Below the pieces are notes generated by a model. It made no database searches. It was not told the DNA's origin and saw only the letters and a list, made by a program, of their open reading frames with translations. Made by a program: the position numbers and the translations under genes. Of a DNA stretch of 64,000 nt, positions 52,166 through 63,790 are shown piece after piece (the stretch's first letter is position 1; each line of letters starts with the position of its first letter). The DNA is from an uncultured Chthonomonadaceae bacterium (GTDB lineage: Bacteria > Armatimonadota > Chthonomonadetes > Chthonomonadales > Chthonomonadaceae): assembly GCA_963817895.1 (NCBI GenBank), contig CAWFQB010000001.1:448001-512000 (forward strand), given 5' to 3'.

Positions 52166-54790
52166 CTAACCAGCCCGTGAATCAAGAGCGCTACCAAAGC
52201 TGTTGGCCTGCGCCTCATCAGCAGTCAGCGCTACCTCGTCGAAAAACCTCTGCGCGAGGGAAGCCGCATCGTTCAGGGACAGTCGCGCCCCATAGTTGCA
52301 AAAGGCCTCATGACTTTTGCCAAGACGCTGTTTGATCTCCGTCATTTCCCGGTCAAAGTCTTTTTGGATCGGCGGAAGCAGTTTCGCTCCCTGCTTTGCA
52401 TACTGCTTTTCTGAGGAACTCCAGAACTCGGTGGCTTGTCCATAGCGGCCTAGAGAGAACGCGATGCCGCCCGCCCCCATAATGCAGCCAACAATCCCAC
52501 GCGGGCTTTTCAATTTGCCTCCAAAGCATAATGAGAGACTCTTCTGGTAGTAGAGCGCGGCCTTTTGTACCTCTCCTGTCTGGCGTGTCACATGCGCCAG
52601 GCTATTCAGCGTAAGAGCCATCATGTTCGTGTCCTGACATTTTTGAAAGTTCGCCAGAGCAATTTCGAAAGCAGGAAGCGCGAACTCATTTCCCTGTACT
52701 TCCCACATCCAGGAGCCGCGACACATTTGCGCGAAGGCGATGGCCCAGCTGTCCTCAATCTCTTCGGCAATTTCTAATCCGCGCCGAACCCTCATCTCCG
52801 CGTCGGGATTTCCAATGAATGCTGAAGAGCATCCCACACCACTGTGCGCCAGAGCCATGTATTTGCGGTTTCCACAAAGCGTTGCTGCTGTTAATCCCTT
52901 CTCCGCGTGTTCGATGACCTCCTCGTAATTGGATTCCATGAAAGAAATAACCGCCATTGCCGTATAATACTTTAACTGTTTCGGCGCTGACATGCGCCCC
53001 TCAACTAATTTGAAGGGGTTGAGGCGTTTGCGCATTACTCGGAATGTTCCTTCGGCGTAGCGATAAATAATCGCGCTCAACTCGATATCGAAGGCGTTCA
53101 GTTGGTTGTTCTTTACGTCAAGCGCCACGAGCTTTTCGACATTCGTGGTTTCGTCGAGGGCGCGTTGCACCTTTGCTCCGTCTGCCGAACCGATGTGCGT
53201 GAAATCCTCTATTTCCAGCATTGGCAACAGACTCGCTTTGAAACGCTCTTTTATCTCATTCTTTTCGCCGCTAAGTTCCAGTTGACGTTCCGCGAACGCG
53301 AGGATGGGTTCGAGGAACCGATAGCGTTCCGTCTGCTCGTCATTGAGGATCAAAGAACTCATTGAGAGCGCGTTCAGAATATCGTAAATTCGATCCTCTT
53401 CCAGGTCCTGTAGAACGCAAACAGACTTGCACAATTCCAGCGTCCATCCCCCGGCAAAAAGGGACAACCGACGAAAAAGAACCTGTTCTTCAGAGCGCAG
53501 CATATTGTGGCTCCAGAGAATGCACTGCTGCATCGTATCATGTCGCTCTTCCGCCTCATCAATATCATCGGGAGCGGTTTTCCATTTGGCTTCCATGTTG
53601 TCAGCAAGTGTCTTTAGAGGGCTACGCATACACGCCGCCAACTCAATCGCCAATGGAATGCCGCAAAGCCGATTGCATAAATAGGCAACTGTTTCCAAAT
53701 TGTCTTCTGTAATCTGAAAACCGGGCATTTGCTGGCTTTTGGAGTATTGGAACAGGCGTAGCGAGGCGTTATCAAGGGCATTCTCCAGCAGAGGCAGGTT
53801 CTCCATGTCCAGAGTAGCAAATGGCAGTATTTCGAGCTGCTGTCCCCACTTGATTCCAGTGGCAATCCGTGTTGTGGCAAGCAGCTTCACGTCCTGACAT
53901 TCATTGAGTATACGGCTTATAAGGCGGGTAACTGGCTTGACCAAATGTTCGCAATTGTCCAGCAACAACAGCAGTTTCTGTGTTCGCAGATGGTTGAGGA
54001 GAACGTCGAGAGGTTCTGCGTCTGATTTCTCTCGCACTTTGAGAACCTTCAAAATCTCTTTTGAAATCGCCTCTGCCGTCGTCAGCGAAACGAGTTCAAT
54101 CAGCCAAACGCCGTCGGGAAAGTCATCGAGCATCTGGCGGGCTACATGCGTCATCAGGGTGGTTTTGCCACACCCGCCGGAACCGGTGAGAGTGACAAGA
54201 CACTTCTCCTCGAGAAAGGCGTGTATCTGTTCGATCTCCTCCTCGCGTCCGACGAAGAGGCCACGCTCGATTTTCAGATTGTGCTTGACGCCATCCAGGC
54301 GAAGGGCGGGCATAGGTGGACATTCGATGCCCAGCAACTTGAGGTAGACAGCCATAACAGAGTAGACCAGATTGGCTTCTTCCGCGCTTGCCTGATGATC
54401 GTTATGGGTGGCTTTATTTCGGAATGTCAACAGTTTGTTTACATCCATCCGTTGGACAGCGTCTACGTCAGCACCGATGGCCTTTGATAGTTCTTCGAAG
54501 AATTCGGCCTCACGAATCAGTCTGCTTAACTCTCCCATAGTAAAGTTGCGATAGGTTTTTGTTCCCTTTCCCAAACCTTGTTGTACTTTGAGAAAATTAA
54601 GATGTGCCTGCTCGCTAAGCTGGTGCAGATGCCGCTGGATGAGCATTTTCATGACTTGCTCGATAATAGCAGCGCATTCCTTGACAGCCACTGTGTAGCC
54701 GTGACTGCCGCGCCTGCAATTGTCGTGAATCAGGGCGATTTTCTCATCTATGGATTGCAGAGGGATTTCCGTGTTCGATTCTTCCATCAT
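52166..54790 (-). CDS. STAND/NB-ARC ATPase with N-terminal HEPN-like domain and C-terminal TPR repeats
   Basis: RNKATH (Rx4H); FVGRE, GSGGCGKT, LLLLLDNCEH, LCGIPLAIELAA; TPR helices. Confidence 0.85.
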   Translation of the reverse strand: MMEESNTEIPLQSIDEKIALIHDNCRRGSHGYTVAVKECAAIIEQVMKMLIQRHLHQLSEQAHLNFLKVQQGLGKGTKTYRNFTMGELSRLIREAEFFEELSKAIGADVDAVQRMDVNKLLTFRNKATHNDHQASAEEANLVYSVMAVYLKLLGIECPPMPALRLDGVKHNLKIERGLFVGREEEIEQIHAFLEEKCLVTLTGSGGCGKTTLMTHVARQMLDDFPDGVWLIELVSLTTAEAISKEILKVLKVREKSDAEPLDVLLNHLRTQKLLLLLDNCEHLVKPVTRLISRILNECQDVKLLATTRIATGIKWGQQLEILPFATLDMENLPLLENALDNASLRLFQYSKSQQMPGFQITEDNLETVAYLCNRLCGIPLAIELAACMRSPLKTLADNMEAKWKTAPDDIDEAEERHDTMQQCILWSHNMLRSEEQVLFRRLSLFAGGWTLELCKSVCVLQDLEEDRIYDILNALSMSSLILNDEQTERYRFLEPILAFAERQLELSGEKNEIKERFKASLLPMLEIEDFTHIGSADGAKVQRALDETTNVEKLVALDVKNNQLNAFDIELSAIIYRYAEGTFRVMRKRLNPFKLVEGRMSAPKQLKYYTAMAVISFMESNYEEVIEHAEKGLTAATLCGNRKYMALAHSGVGCSSAFIGNPDAEMRVRRGLEIAEEIEDSWAIAFAQMCRGSWMWEVQGNEFALPAFEIALANFQKCQDTNMMALTLNSLAHVTRQTGEVQKAALYYQKSLSLCFGGKLKSPRGIVGCIMGAGGIAFSLGRYGQATEFWSSSEKQYAKQGAKLLPPIQKDFDREMTEIKQRLGKSHEAFCNYGARLSLNDAASLAQRFFDEVALTADEAQANSFGSALDSRAG

Positions 54791-54817
54791 GATGAACTCC
54801 TATTGCTGTCCGTCCGA

Positions 54818-56885
54818 TTAGTAGGGGCTTGCCAGACGCGCTGCGCGAAGAAGCGCCCGCGTTGTTTTCCCCTCCGCGCATCGGTCAATACAATTGAGAA
54901 GAGAAGGATACGCGACTTCATCAGACTTGAAGTAGCGGGCAAAATTCTGGACGTTTTTGCCTTCAATGAAGTCCTGATGCAGGTTGAGAAGATTGGAGAG
55001 GAAATTATAGATCGGTGAGGCAGTAGGATACCCATTCCGGCTCTGTTGCAGAGACTGCATGGCGGAATTTTTACCCCCGCTTGTCAGAAACTCCAACATT
55101 CCCCATTCACGGAAGATTAGTTCTGCGGGGTGGGTCAGGTTTACCAATCCTTGCTTGATGACAGGCTGATGGAGAAATTTTAAGAGCCGAAGCGCCGTTA
55201 CTTGCGCGCCTTCCGCTTCCGCCAGCAGCGCATCGGTCGTGGCGCGGGTGGCGGCATAGAGATGAAAATAGTCCAGAGGTTCCGTCTGTATCGGCTCACA
55301 CAGTTTCAGGGCTTCGCCATAGTTACCGGCCTTGATGTGCGCTCGCATCAGGTGATTGCGAACCCGGCCCCGGTCATCGGAACGCATCTTCTCCTGCTTA
55401 TAAAGCAGGTTCAGACGCTCGATGATGGCTTCAAGCGTAAGTTGCTCCGAGAAATTGAGCAGTTCCAAGCCATCTGTAAGGATTTGCCTGCCCAGGTAGC
55501 GAAGTTTCAGCCGCGATATGGAGGCGTGACTGGTGAAAGGCATTTTTTGCTGCGGGCGCTCCAATTACCGTTTCGTAGATCAGACTCCAGCAGGCTTCGT
55601 ATTGCTGAATGAGATCTCGATAACGCGCGTTTCGCTTGCCTAATTCCTCAATCTGCATGGCATTCTCTAACGTGACGAGATAAGTCATATCATATTGAAG
55701 AAGGAGCGGAAAGTTCTCCGGCGTAATGTCGAGACGCCTGCGCGCGTCTTCCTGCCGCCCCACCAACTTTTCGGAATCCGGCGCGTTGCCAAGATGGTTT
55801 GAAATGGAAAGTTGGTACGTGCGGAAACGAAATAGCGCTGGCAGACAACTGCCTGCCTTCTTTTCAGGATCGTTGACATAGCGTGAAAATGCTTTCTCGA
55901 AACGCGCCAGTTGCGGGTAGATTTCGGCATAGTTGCGTGAAAAGCGGTACTCCTGCCAGACATGCTCGATGATGCTGTCGGTAATGGCTCGTAGCGAGTC
56001 CCCTGAACGCTGCACAGCGCGTTCCAGACACATGGGAAGGCCGTCCTGTTCCGGCGCTTCCACCGCCATCCATGCTCGCAAAGCGCCTGCAAAGTCTCCA
56101 TCACGCTCAAGGATGCGTGCCTTGCGTTCCCTGTAGGAGCCGAACGCGAAGAACTGTGTCAATTTTCCACTCTGCGTCAGTTCTTGCACAAGCGCTTTCG
56201 TTTCAGGCTTCTTCGCATTGGCTACGGTGTTCGCTACAAAGTCTGCCATCTGACATCCGCGATGCCTGTCGGCAACCTCATGCACAATTTCAAGTCTGTT
56301 CTTTTCTAATAAACCGGCCAGGCCACGGGAGGCCAATCCCATCGTAACGCTCTGGTGAATCTGATCCATGGAATAGTCAATATCGTTCCTATCATTCATT
56401 TTCATTCGCTTCGAGACATAGATGGTAAGGCTGTCCGGCTTCTGATCCATGCTGAGACTCGCATCCACTTGCGCGACGAGTTCAGGGAGCATCATCAGAT
56501 AGTTGCCATCCTGATGCCCCTGCGCCCTCACTCTTCGAACATTGTTGACCGTGAAGAAACGAACTTCAAAAGAGAGATTTGTCACCCTGTCTAGCACCTC
56601 TCTAGCGAGACTGACCGTATGTTCGTATCCCATAGCGCCTTCCTCTGCAACTAAGAATTCGCGCAACTCCGTCAGGTGAAAGAAGTTCTTGAAGTTTGGA
56701 AACTCCGTTTGGAACTGCAACCTGAGTGGATCGGTCGCAGCAACGAGCGCGGGGGGAACAACGGATGCAGAAGCCGCACACAAGATGCCGGACAGAATCC
56801 AGGGAGTGTGTGAGGAATTGTAGTCGGGAGCCGTCTTGCCAAAGTCGCCGGACTCGTCAATGTAGAGGGTATAGTCGTTAGGCAT
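54818..56885 (-). CDS. DUF3800-like RNase H-fold domain + helical/TPR region, one frameshift (~55500)
   Basis: LYIDESGDF..HLTE..QMADFVAN. ORFs 55431-56909 and 54818-55564 overlap. Confidence 0.7.
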
Positions 56886-57325
56886 GACTCGTCTTCTTTC
56901 GGAGGCCATGTCCTGAATACTAACGGCGCGGCTCCTGCAAGGTATTCAGTACATGTTTTTTGTTGTTTGTAGAGGGTTTAAGTATGCAGAGCCAAATTTG
57001 CTTCTTGAGCTACAATTCGCGCTCCAGTGTTATTTTTCCTGCTATGTCTCATATAGAATTAAAAATAAGTTCGCGTGTAAAATAACTTTGGTTATCACGT
57101 ATCAACCACTTGATATGTTGGTTGCAAAAGACATTGACATGCCGTTTAGTAATCCGGTGTTCTTGTGGAATACCCTGTGTAGTAGGTGTGACGGCAGGAT
57201 AAAAACCGGCTCAGGTTGCGCGTTGAGTTGGATATATTCGCCGCTTGCAAACGTAAGTTTCAGCATGGGTACGCAATGGGCGAGGCGTGTAAGAAGTCGA
57301 AGTCACATAAGGGGAAGAAAACGCT

Positions 57326-58293
57326 GTGAACAGAAAGGTTGCAAGACGATTGGGAGGAACGCGCAAGCCGGATTTACGCCTGCTTTCCGGCGCGTTGTTG
57401 GGAGGATTGCTGATGCAAAGCCTGTCCGGGGCGCAGGGGGCGGTAACAGTAAAACCATGACGTACAACGGCTGGAAGAACGCGACGCAGATCGCCAACGG
57501 CACGGTTGAGGTGGTTGTCGTGCCGCAAATCGGGCGCATCATGCGCTACGGCTTTACAGGCAACGCCAATGTGCTGTGGAACAATACAACCTTGAACGGC
57601 AAAGTCACTGACCTGAACGCGCCGGGTAAGGATTGGATCAATTACGGCGGCGACAAACTCTGGCCTGCGCCGCAGGAGCGCTGGGGCTGGCCGCCGGACC
57701 GAACTCTGGACAGCGCGCCCCACACCCTCAAAGTGTTGCCCAACCATCATCTGCTGATGACCGGGCCGGTTTGCAAGGCGTCTGGGCGTTCAGTTCCGGC
57801 GTGAAATCGCGCTGGATGAAACAGGCAGCGGCGTCACCATCACCAATACGCTTGTCAATGTGGGAACCGAAGACGTAGACTGGTCTATCTGGCAGGTGGC
57901 GCAGATTGACAACCCGACGGAAGCCCGTCTGATGCGCAATCCACAGGGCCGCTTCCCAAACAGTTTTTTCGCCTTCAGCGGCATGGATGTGGATACCGAG
58001 TCTCTGACGCAGACCGACACGCAGGTTATATTGAAACGCCATCCCACAAAAGCGTCAAGATCGGCGTGGACTCTCCCACCGGGCAATTGCAAGCCGTAAC
58101 TGCGGGCGGCGCGTTCACGTTTACCGCCCCTTACGAAAAAGGCGCGACCTATCCCGATTCCGGCTGCGCCCAGCAAATTTACACCAATCCCGACCCGAAC
58201 AAATACGTCGAACTGGAACTGCTCGGCCCCATGCAGCCGCTCAAACCCAACGCGACGCGCGCCTTCGTCACCCATTGGAACCTGACAAAGTAG
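57326..58293 (+). CDS. Secreted DUF4380-like (galactose mutarotase-fold) protein, three frameshifts (~57452, ~57790, ~58055)
   Basis: Signal peptide from GTG 57326; VVPQIGRIM, NYGGDKLWPAPQ, YVELELLGP in successive frames. Confidence 0.65.
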
Positions 58294-58303
58294 GTCGTAA
58301 AAG

Positions 58304-58460
58304 AGTTCACCACAGAGACACAGAGACACAGAGGATTCACAGAGAGAAAACAAGAGAGATGATGAGGAACTGTTACGTCTTTCGCGTTTTCCTCTATCCT
58401 CATTTCCTATTCTTTATCTCTGTGAAGCCTCTGTGTCTCTGTGTCTCTGTGGTGAACTCT
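58304..58460. repeat. Inverted (CACAGAGA)n octamer hairpin between convergent genes
   Basis: About 44-bp arms of the same family as 37007-37133. Confidence 0.85.
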
Positions 58461-58466
58461 GTTCTG

Positions 58467-59615
58467 CTACATCTTCGGGGGCTGGAACGCGGCGACTTCC
58501 TCTATGGTGGTGGGCGGGACAACCTGCCCGTCTACCACCATTTTGGTCATTTTTTCCAGTTTAGCTCTCACATCGGCAGATATGTCCTGTTTGGTGTGCT
58601 TCATTTCGGACAGGCCGATGCCGCCCTCTTTCAGGTCATAGATATGCTTGCCCGGCGTGAACTGCCCCGCCTGCACCTTTTTCACCGTGTCGAACACGGC
58701 GGTATCTACGTGCTTGACCATGCTGGTCAGGACGCGACCGGGCGCTTCGCCGTCCTGATCCTGATCCACGCCAATCGCATAAAAGCCGGTTCCCTTTTCG
58801 CGCGCGGCCTGTATCACGCCCAACCCGGCCTTGCCCGCCGCCTGAAACACCACATCCGCGCCCGCGCCGAACTCCTGCAACGCCTGACTTTTGCCCTTGC
58901 TCTGGTCGTTCCAGTCGCCGGTATACGCCACTTTTACCTGCGTGTCGGGGTCCAGTCCCGCCGCTTTCGCGCCCGCCATGTAGCCGGCCTGAAACTTCTT
59001 AATGAGCGGGATCTCTTCGCCGCCCACAAAGCCGATGGTATGCGATTTGCTGACAAGCGCGGCGACATAGCCCGCCAGAAACGTGCCCTGCTCCTCCTTG
59101 AACTGAAGGGCGGTACAGTTTTGCGAACCTTCCGGCGCGTTGCCGTCCACAATCGCAAACTTGACATCGGGGAACTGCGCCGACACCTCTTTCAGCGCGT
59201 CCTCCATTTTGTAGCCAACCGCGAACACGACATCGTAGCCCTGACTGGCGAACGCGCTGAGTTTCTGCTTGTACTCGGATGGGTCTTTGGATTCGACGTA
59301 GCGCACGTCGTCCTTGCCCATTCCCAACTCCGTCTGCGCCTTTTGCAGCCCCGCCCACGCCGCCGCATTAAACGATTTATCGTCCACGCCGCCCGTATCC
59401 AGAACAAGCGCGGCCCGTACTGCTTTGCCGCCCTTCGTCGGGGTTGCAGGCGTTGCCGCGCCGGGCGTTACGGTTGGCTGGGAGGCTTTCCCACTGCCTG
59501 TATTCTCCTCACTCCCGCCGCCGTTGTTGCAGCCCATCAGCCCGACAACTGCTAACCCGCCCATTGCCAGCCATTGCAGCGTCCTGCGCCGCGTCCATTC
59601 CGTACCTGTTCGCAT
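58467..59615 (-). CDS. BMP-family ABC substrate-binding lipoprotein
   Basis: LMG-C lipobox; GGVDDKSFN; GADVVFQAAG; IGVDQDQ. Confidence 0.92.
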   Translation of the reverse strand: MRTGTEWTRRRTLQWLAMGGLAVVGLMGCNNGGGSEENTGSGKASQPTVTPGAATPATPTKGGKAVRAALVLDTGGVDDKSFNAAAWAGLQKAQTELGMGKDDVRYVESKDPSEYKQKLSAFASQGYDVVFAVGYKMEDALKEVSAQFPDVKFAIVDGNAPEGSQNCTALQFKEEQGTFLAGYVAALVSKSHTIGFVGGEEIPLIKKFQAGYMAGAKAAGLDPDTQVKVAYTGDWNDQSKGKSQALQEFGAGADVVFQAAGKAGLGVIQAAREKGTGFYAIGVDQDQDGEAPGRVLTSMVKHVDTAVFDTVKKVQAGQFTPGKHIYDLKEGGIGLSEMKHTKQDISADVRAKLEKMTKMVVDGQVVPPTTIEEVAAFQPPKM

Positions 59616-59790
59616 CCCGTCCCCCTTTTGAGAAAGAAAAGGAGAAAAGGAGAAGAGGAGAAAAGGAGAATCTGATACACGGATAACACGGATATTACGA
59701 ACAAGCAGGCAAATTTGCCTGGTTTATAATCCTGCTACGCCTGTCTAATTCTCCTCTTCTCCTTTTCTCCTTTTCTCCTTTTCTTCCTAT

Positions 59791-61530
59791 CTATTTCTTC
59801 ATCTTGTGCAGGGCTTCGCCGCGCACATCGAGCGCGGCTTCGCCGACGGCTTCGGAAAGCGTCGGGTGCGCGTGGATGGCGGTCATCATTTCGTCAATGG
59901 TGGCTTCCATTTTAATGGCAATAACGGCCTCGTGGATCATTTCCGTGGCGTAGGGGCCGACGATGTGGACGCCGAGCAGTTCGCCGTACTTGCTTTCCGT
60001 AATTACTTTGACCATGCCTTCGGTTTCGCCTAATGCCATCGCGCGTCCGAGCGGGCGGAAGGGAAAGCGTCCCGTCTGCACATCGTAGCCCTGAGCGCGG
60101 GCCTCTTCTTCGGACAGGCCGACGGATGCCACTTCAGGACTGGTATAAATGGGCGCGGGAATGGCCCGGTAGTCCATCTTCACGCAATGCCCCATCGCGT
60201 TTTCGGCTGCCACAATGCCCATGTGCGACGCGAGGTGCGCGAGCAGAAATTTGCCGGTCACGTCGCCAATGGCGTAGATGTTGGGCGCGGTGGTCTGCAG
60301 GTACTCGTTGACGACCACGCCGCGCCGGGAGAGCGGGCCGTCTTTTACAACTTCCACGCCCGCGTTTTCCAGTCCCACGCCCTCAAAAAACGGCTTGCGC
60401 CCCGCGCCGACGAGAACCACATCCACTTCCAGCGTCTGCGTTTTGCCGTCCGCGCTCTCAATCGTGACGATCTTGCCGCCCGCTTCGTGCGCGACACTGG
60501 TGACTTTATGCCCGGTCAGGATGTTGATGCCCTGTTTTTTCAGGGATTTGCGGAGTTCTGCGGCGATTTCGCGATCCCCGGTGGGCAGGATTTCCGGCGC
60601 GATTTCCACCACTGTCACTTCCGCGCCTAATCCCCGGAACGTGAAGCCGAATTCCAGGCCGACCGCGCCCGCGCCCATAATCAACATGCGTTTCGGGCAG
60701 TCTACCGCAGACACGGCTTCATCAGAAGTCCAGATGCCGTTGCTGCTTTGCCCGCGCGGGTCTTCAGCCTTACGCTCGAGGCCGGGAATGGGCGGCAGGA
60801 TGGGAACCGACCCCGTCGCGAGTACGACATTCTGCGTCGTGATGCGCTCGGTTTTGCCGTCTTCCGTCGTCACTTCAATCGTATTGGCGTCAATCAGTTT
60901 GCCCGTGCCGACAATGCTGCGAACGTGGTTGCTTTTGAGTAAACCCTTTACGCCGCCGCGCAATGTCGTCACCACTTTGGTTTTACGGGTCATCATTTTG
61001 GCGAAGTCGAAACTTATTTCGCCGTTGATAACCACGCCAAAATCGGCGGCATGCTGCGCGTGGTGCAGGCGCTCCACGCTGGCGATCATGGTTTTGGTGG
61101 GGATACAGCCCCAGTTCAGGCAGGTTCCGCCCCATTCCGTTTCCGCTTTTTCGATGCACACGGTACGCGCGCCCAATTGCGCGGCGCGAATGGCGGACAC
61201 GTACCCGCCCGGCCCCGACCCGATCACAACAACATCGGCGTCAAACTCTCCCACTGCGGCCATTTCAGGTTGCTCCTTCGGCTGCGCGGCAAACAATCGC
61301 CCCACAACCGCGTCAATTTCGGTATTGGTAAGCGGCTCACTCATCTCGGTTTTCGTCACATCAATCGCGCCCACGCGAACAGGAGCAGGCGGCGGTTCGG
61401 CAATCACGGCGGAAGGGGGTTGGGCATCAGGCAAGGATGAAGGATGAAGGATGAAGGATGAATCCTCACTGTTCCCTCTTCCCTCTTCCCTGTTCCCTTC
61501 TTTACCTTGTTCCTTGTTTGCTTCGCTCAC
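59791..61530 (-). CDS. lpdA: Dihydrolipoyl dehydrogenase with N-terminal extension
   Basis: GSGPGGY, GGTCLNWGCIPTK, HAHPTLSE. Confidence 0.93.
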   Translation of the reverse strand: MSEANKEQGKEGNREEGRGNSEDSSFILHPSSLPDAQPPSAVIAEPPPAPVRVGAIDVTKTEMSEPLTNTEIDAVVGRLFAAQPKEQPEMAAVGEFDADVVVIGSGPGGYVSAIRAAQLGARTVCIEKAETEWGGTCLNWGCIPTKTMIASVERLHHAQHAADFGVVINGEISFDFAKMMTRKTKVVTTLRGGVKGLLKSNHVRSIVGTGKLIDANTIEVTTEDGKTERITTQNVVLATGSVPILPPIPGLERKAEDPRGQSSNGIWTSDEAVSAVDCPKRMLIMGAGAVGLEFGFTFRGLGAEVTVVEIAPEILPTGDREIAAELRKSLKKQGINILTGHKVTSVAHEAGGKIVTIESADGKTQTLEVDVVLVGAGRKPFFEGVGLENAGVEVVKDGPLSRRGVVVNEYLQTTAPNIYAIGDVTGKFLLAHLASHMGIVAAENAMGHCVKMDYRAIPAPIYTSPEVASVGLSEEEARAQGYDVQTGRFPFRPLGRAMALGETEGMVKVITESKYGELLGVHIVGPYATEMIHEAVIAIKMEATIDEMMTAIHAHPTLSEAVGEAALDVRGEALHKMKK

Positions 61531-61696
61531 GCAATGGCTCCTGTGTTCCGGTTGAAGATGAGTGGATTACGCCGCGCTTGTATCTATCTTTACGAATTGC
61601 AGACGGCACAAAGCGGCAAACGCGCCAATTATGGACGTTCGCAAACGGGGAAGTATAGCATATCGCGCAACCCGGCGTCAACGCGCAACGAACGCG

Positions 61697-62890
61697 CTAA
61701 TTCGCTTCTTGCGCTTTGTTGAGCAGGCGGAGAACGTCGCGTGAACTGTGACGACGCGCCAGAGTAAGAGCCGTCGTCACGCCATCACGACCGGGTTGAT
61801 TGACATACGCTGACAAGTCCAGTAACACGCGAATAACGGGTAAATTATTGCGCGGCGGCTGTCCGGCATATCGGGACGAGCGGCTGTAGCCCATTTCTAC
61901 CGCAACCATCAACGCGCTCGGAAGGTTCGCGTCCGATCTGTCCACGCTGTCCGCCCGAACGTAGCCTTTCACTAATTTTTGAACGGCTTTGACATCATTA
62001 CGGCGTATTGCGCGAAACAAAGCAGCAGATTCTGTGCGCTCATACCCTGCGCCCGCCTGCTGAAGCATCTTCACGATGTCATTGTAATGGCTCAATTGCG
62101 CAAGGTCTAAAGCGGACTCCCCATGCTCGCCTTGAGCGTTGACATTCGCTTTATATCGAATCAATGACTGAGCGTTCGCTTTTTGGCCTGCTATTGTTGC
62201 CTGCATCAATGCGGTGTACCCATAATGCCGTGTACGCGCATTGGGTTTCGCGCCGCGCGCGAGCAACTGCTGCACAATACTGGTGTCTCTTTGTGCTGCG
62301 GCACGGATAAGTGGCGAGTATCCGTTGACACCGCACATATCGGGGTCGGCTCCTTTTTCCAGCAGTTGTTGAACAAGATCAGGCAGTTGATACTCAACGG
62401 CTTTGATAAGCGGCGTATTGTCCTGCGCCTGATTACCTGATACTTCCGGGTCAGGTACATTCTTCACTTTCGCGTCATGCGCCAGCAGCAGCAAAGCAGT
62501 TTGTTCGCAACGTTGTTTGTCAGAGGAGGAAAGCGTTTCGTCATCCATACCACGCGGCGTTAAGGCGACAAACAACGCCGGGTATTCGGGTTTCGGTTCC
62601 TCGTCAGCATTGGGCGCAGACGGCTTGAACGGCAAAGGGCGCTTGAGAAACGCGGCTTTGAGAGCCTGCCAGAAGGTGACAGTCGTTTCGGGCGTTTCGC
62701 AAACATTCGGGTCTGCGCCGTCGTCAAGGTACGCGCGGACGGCTTCGACATTGAGGGCTTTGATTGCCGCAATCAGATGATGCGTGGCGTAAGCGCGTTT
62801 CGCTTCCCGCCACACGCGCCATGCCGGTATAATTCCAACAGCAATCAGCAACCCAACCGTTATCAGCAATGCGCGGCGTTTGCGCTTCAT
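61697..62890 (-). CDS. Membrane-anchored ankyrin-repeat protein
   Basis: N-terminal TM; repeated TPL/TAL..A..LL..GADPN. Confidence 0.9.
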   Translation of the reverse strand: MKRKRRALLITVGLLIAVGIIPAWRVWREAKRAYATHHLIAAIKALNVEAVRAYLDDGADPNVCETPETTVTFWQALKAAFLKRPLPFKPSAPNADEEPKPEYPALFVALTPRGMDDETLSSSDKQRCEQTALLLLAHDAKVKNVPDPEVSGNQAQDNTPLIKAVEYQLPDLVQQLLEKGADPDMCGVNGYSPLIRAAAQRDTSIVQQLLARGAKPNARTRHYGYTALMQATIAGQKANAQSLIRYKANVNAQGEHGESALDLAQLSHYNDIVKMLQQAGAGYERTESAALFRAIRRNDVKAVQKLVKGYVRADSVDRSDANLPSALMVAVEMGYSRSSRYAGQPPRNNLPVIRVLLDLSAYVNQPGRDGVTTALTLARRHSSRDVLRLLNKAQEAN

Positions 62891-62896
62891 TGTCCT

Positions 62897-63790
62897 CTAC
62901 TCCTTCGCGCCCGCCTGCGTAAGCAGATGAATCACCGCTGACTTATATTCTTGAAATCGTTCTAAATGAACGTTGTGGCGCGCAAAGGACAAAGCGGTCT
63001 TCCCCTCCCTGTCTCTAGGATGAACATTTGCGCCTTGTCGTAACAACTGCCTGATAATTACAGACCGCAGATGATAAGCCGCCATTAGCAAGGGCGTCAT
63101 ACCCTCTTTATCTTTCGCGTTGATGTTCGCGCCCCGATCAAGCAATGCCTGTACCACTTTAGGCGATTCAGGGTTCATTTCAGGATAGCGGCCGCCATCG
63201 GAGGCTAACAGCAGAGGTGTCCTGCCGCGTTTATCTCGAAAGTTGACGTTCGCGCCGTGTTTAATCAGCAATAGCGCGGCCTCCGTGTTCAAGTGACCGC
63301 CCGAAGTCAAAGCTGTCATGAGCGGTGTTGCCCTCTCTTCATCTTTTGTATCTACATCCCAGTTCGCATTTAGAAACGCTTTCAGGGACGGGGTATTATA
63401 AATGTGAATAGCGCAGTGCATAGCGTTGCCATTCTTTACGCCATAGGCCAACAATGCGTGAAGCACTCTCATATTTCCATCAAAGACATAGGCTCTCAGC
63501 GCGTTTTTGGCGTAAACGTCCGCGCCGTTCGCCATTAACACATCTACAACCGCTCCGGTACTGGCATAGGTTAAAGCGGTTTCAAACTCTTCATCTACAG
63601 TCTGTACGCTGCTGCCGCTTTTCAGCAGACATCGCGCGACAGCCACATTCCCTTTTCGCGCAGCATACATCAACAGGCTGCACGGCGCGTCATGGTTATG
63701 GATACCTTCGCCATAACAATGGTCCGTCGGCAGTTTTTCGCCGATGTCCTTTACGCCTCGCGCCGTAATCCCCTGTGTGCCACAATAGGT
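62897..63790 (-). pseudogene. Ankyrin-repeat protein, 5' end cut by IS3 insertion
   Basis: Ankyrin motifs. The frame stays open from 63790, at the IS boundary, with no native start or leader. Confidence 0.7.

Noticed and set aside
34689..61447. Long antisense or alternative-frame ORFs (e.g. 34689-35909, 45518-46756, 49241-50446, 58275-59555, 60278-61447)
   Set aside because: These are shadows of well-supported genes in GC-rich DNA and show no recognisable motifs.
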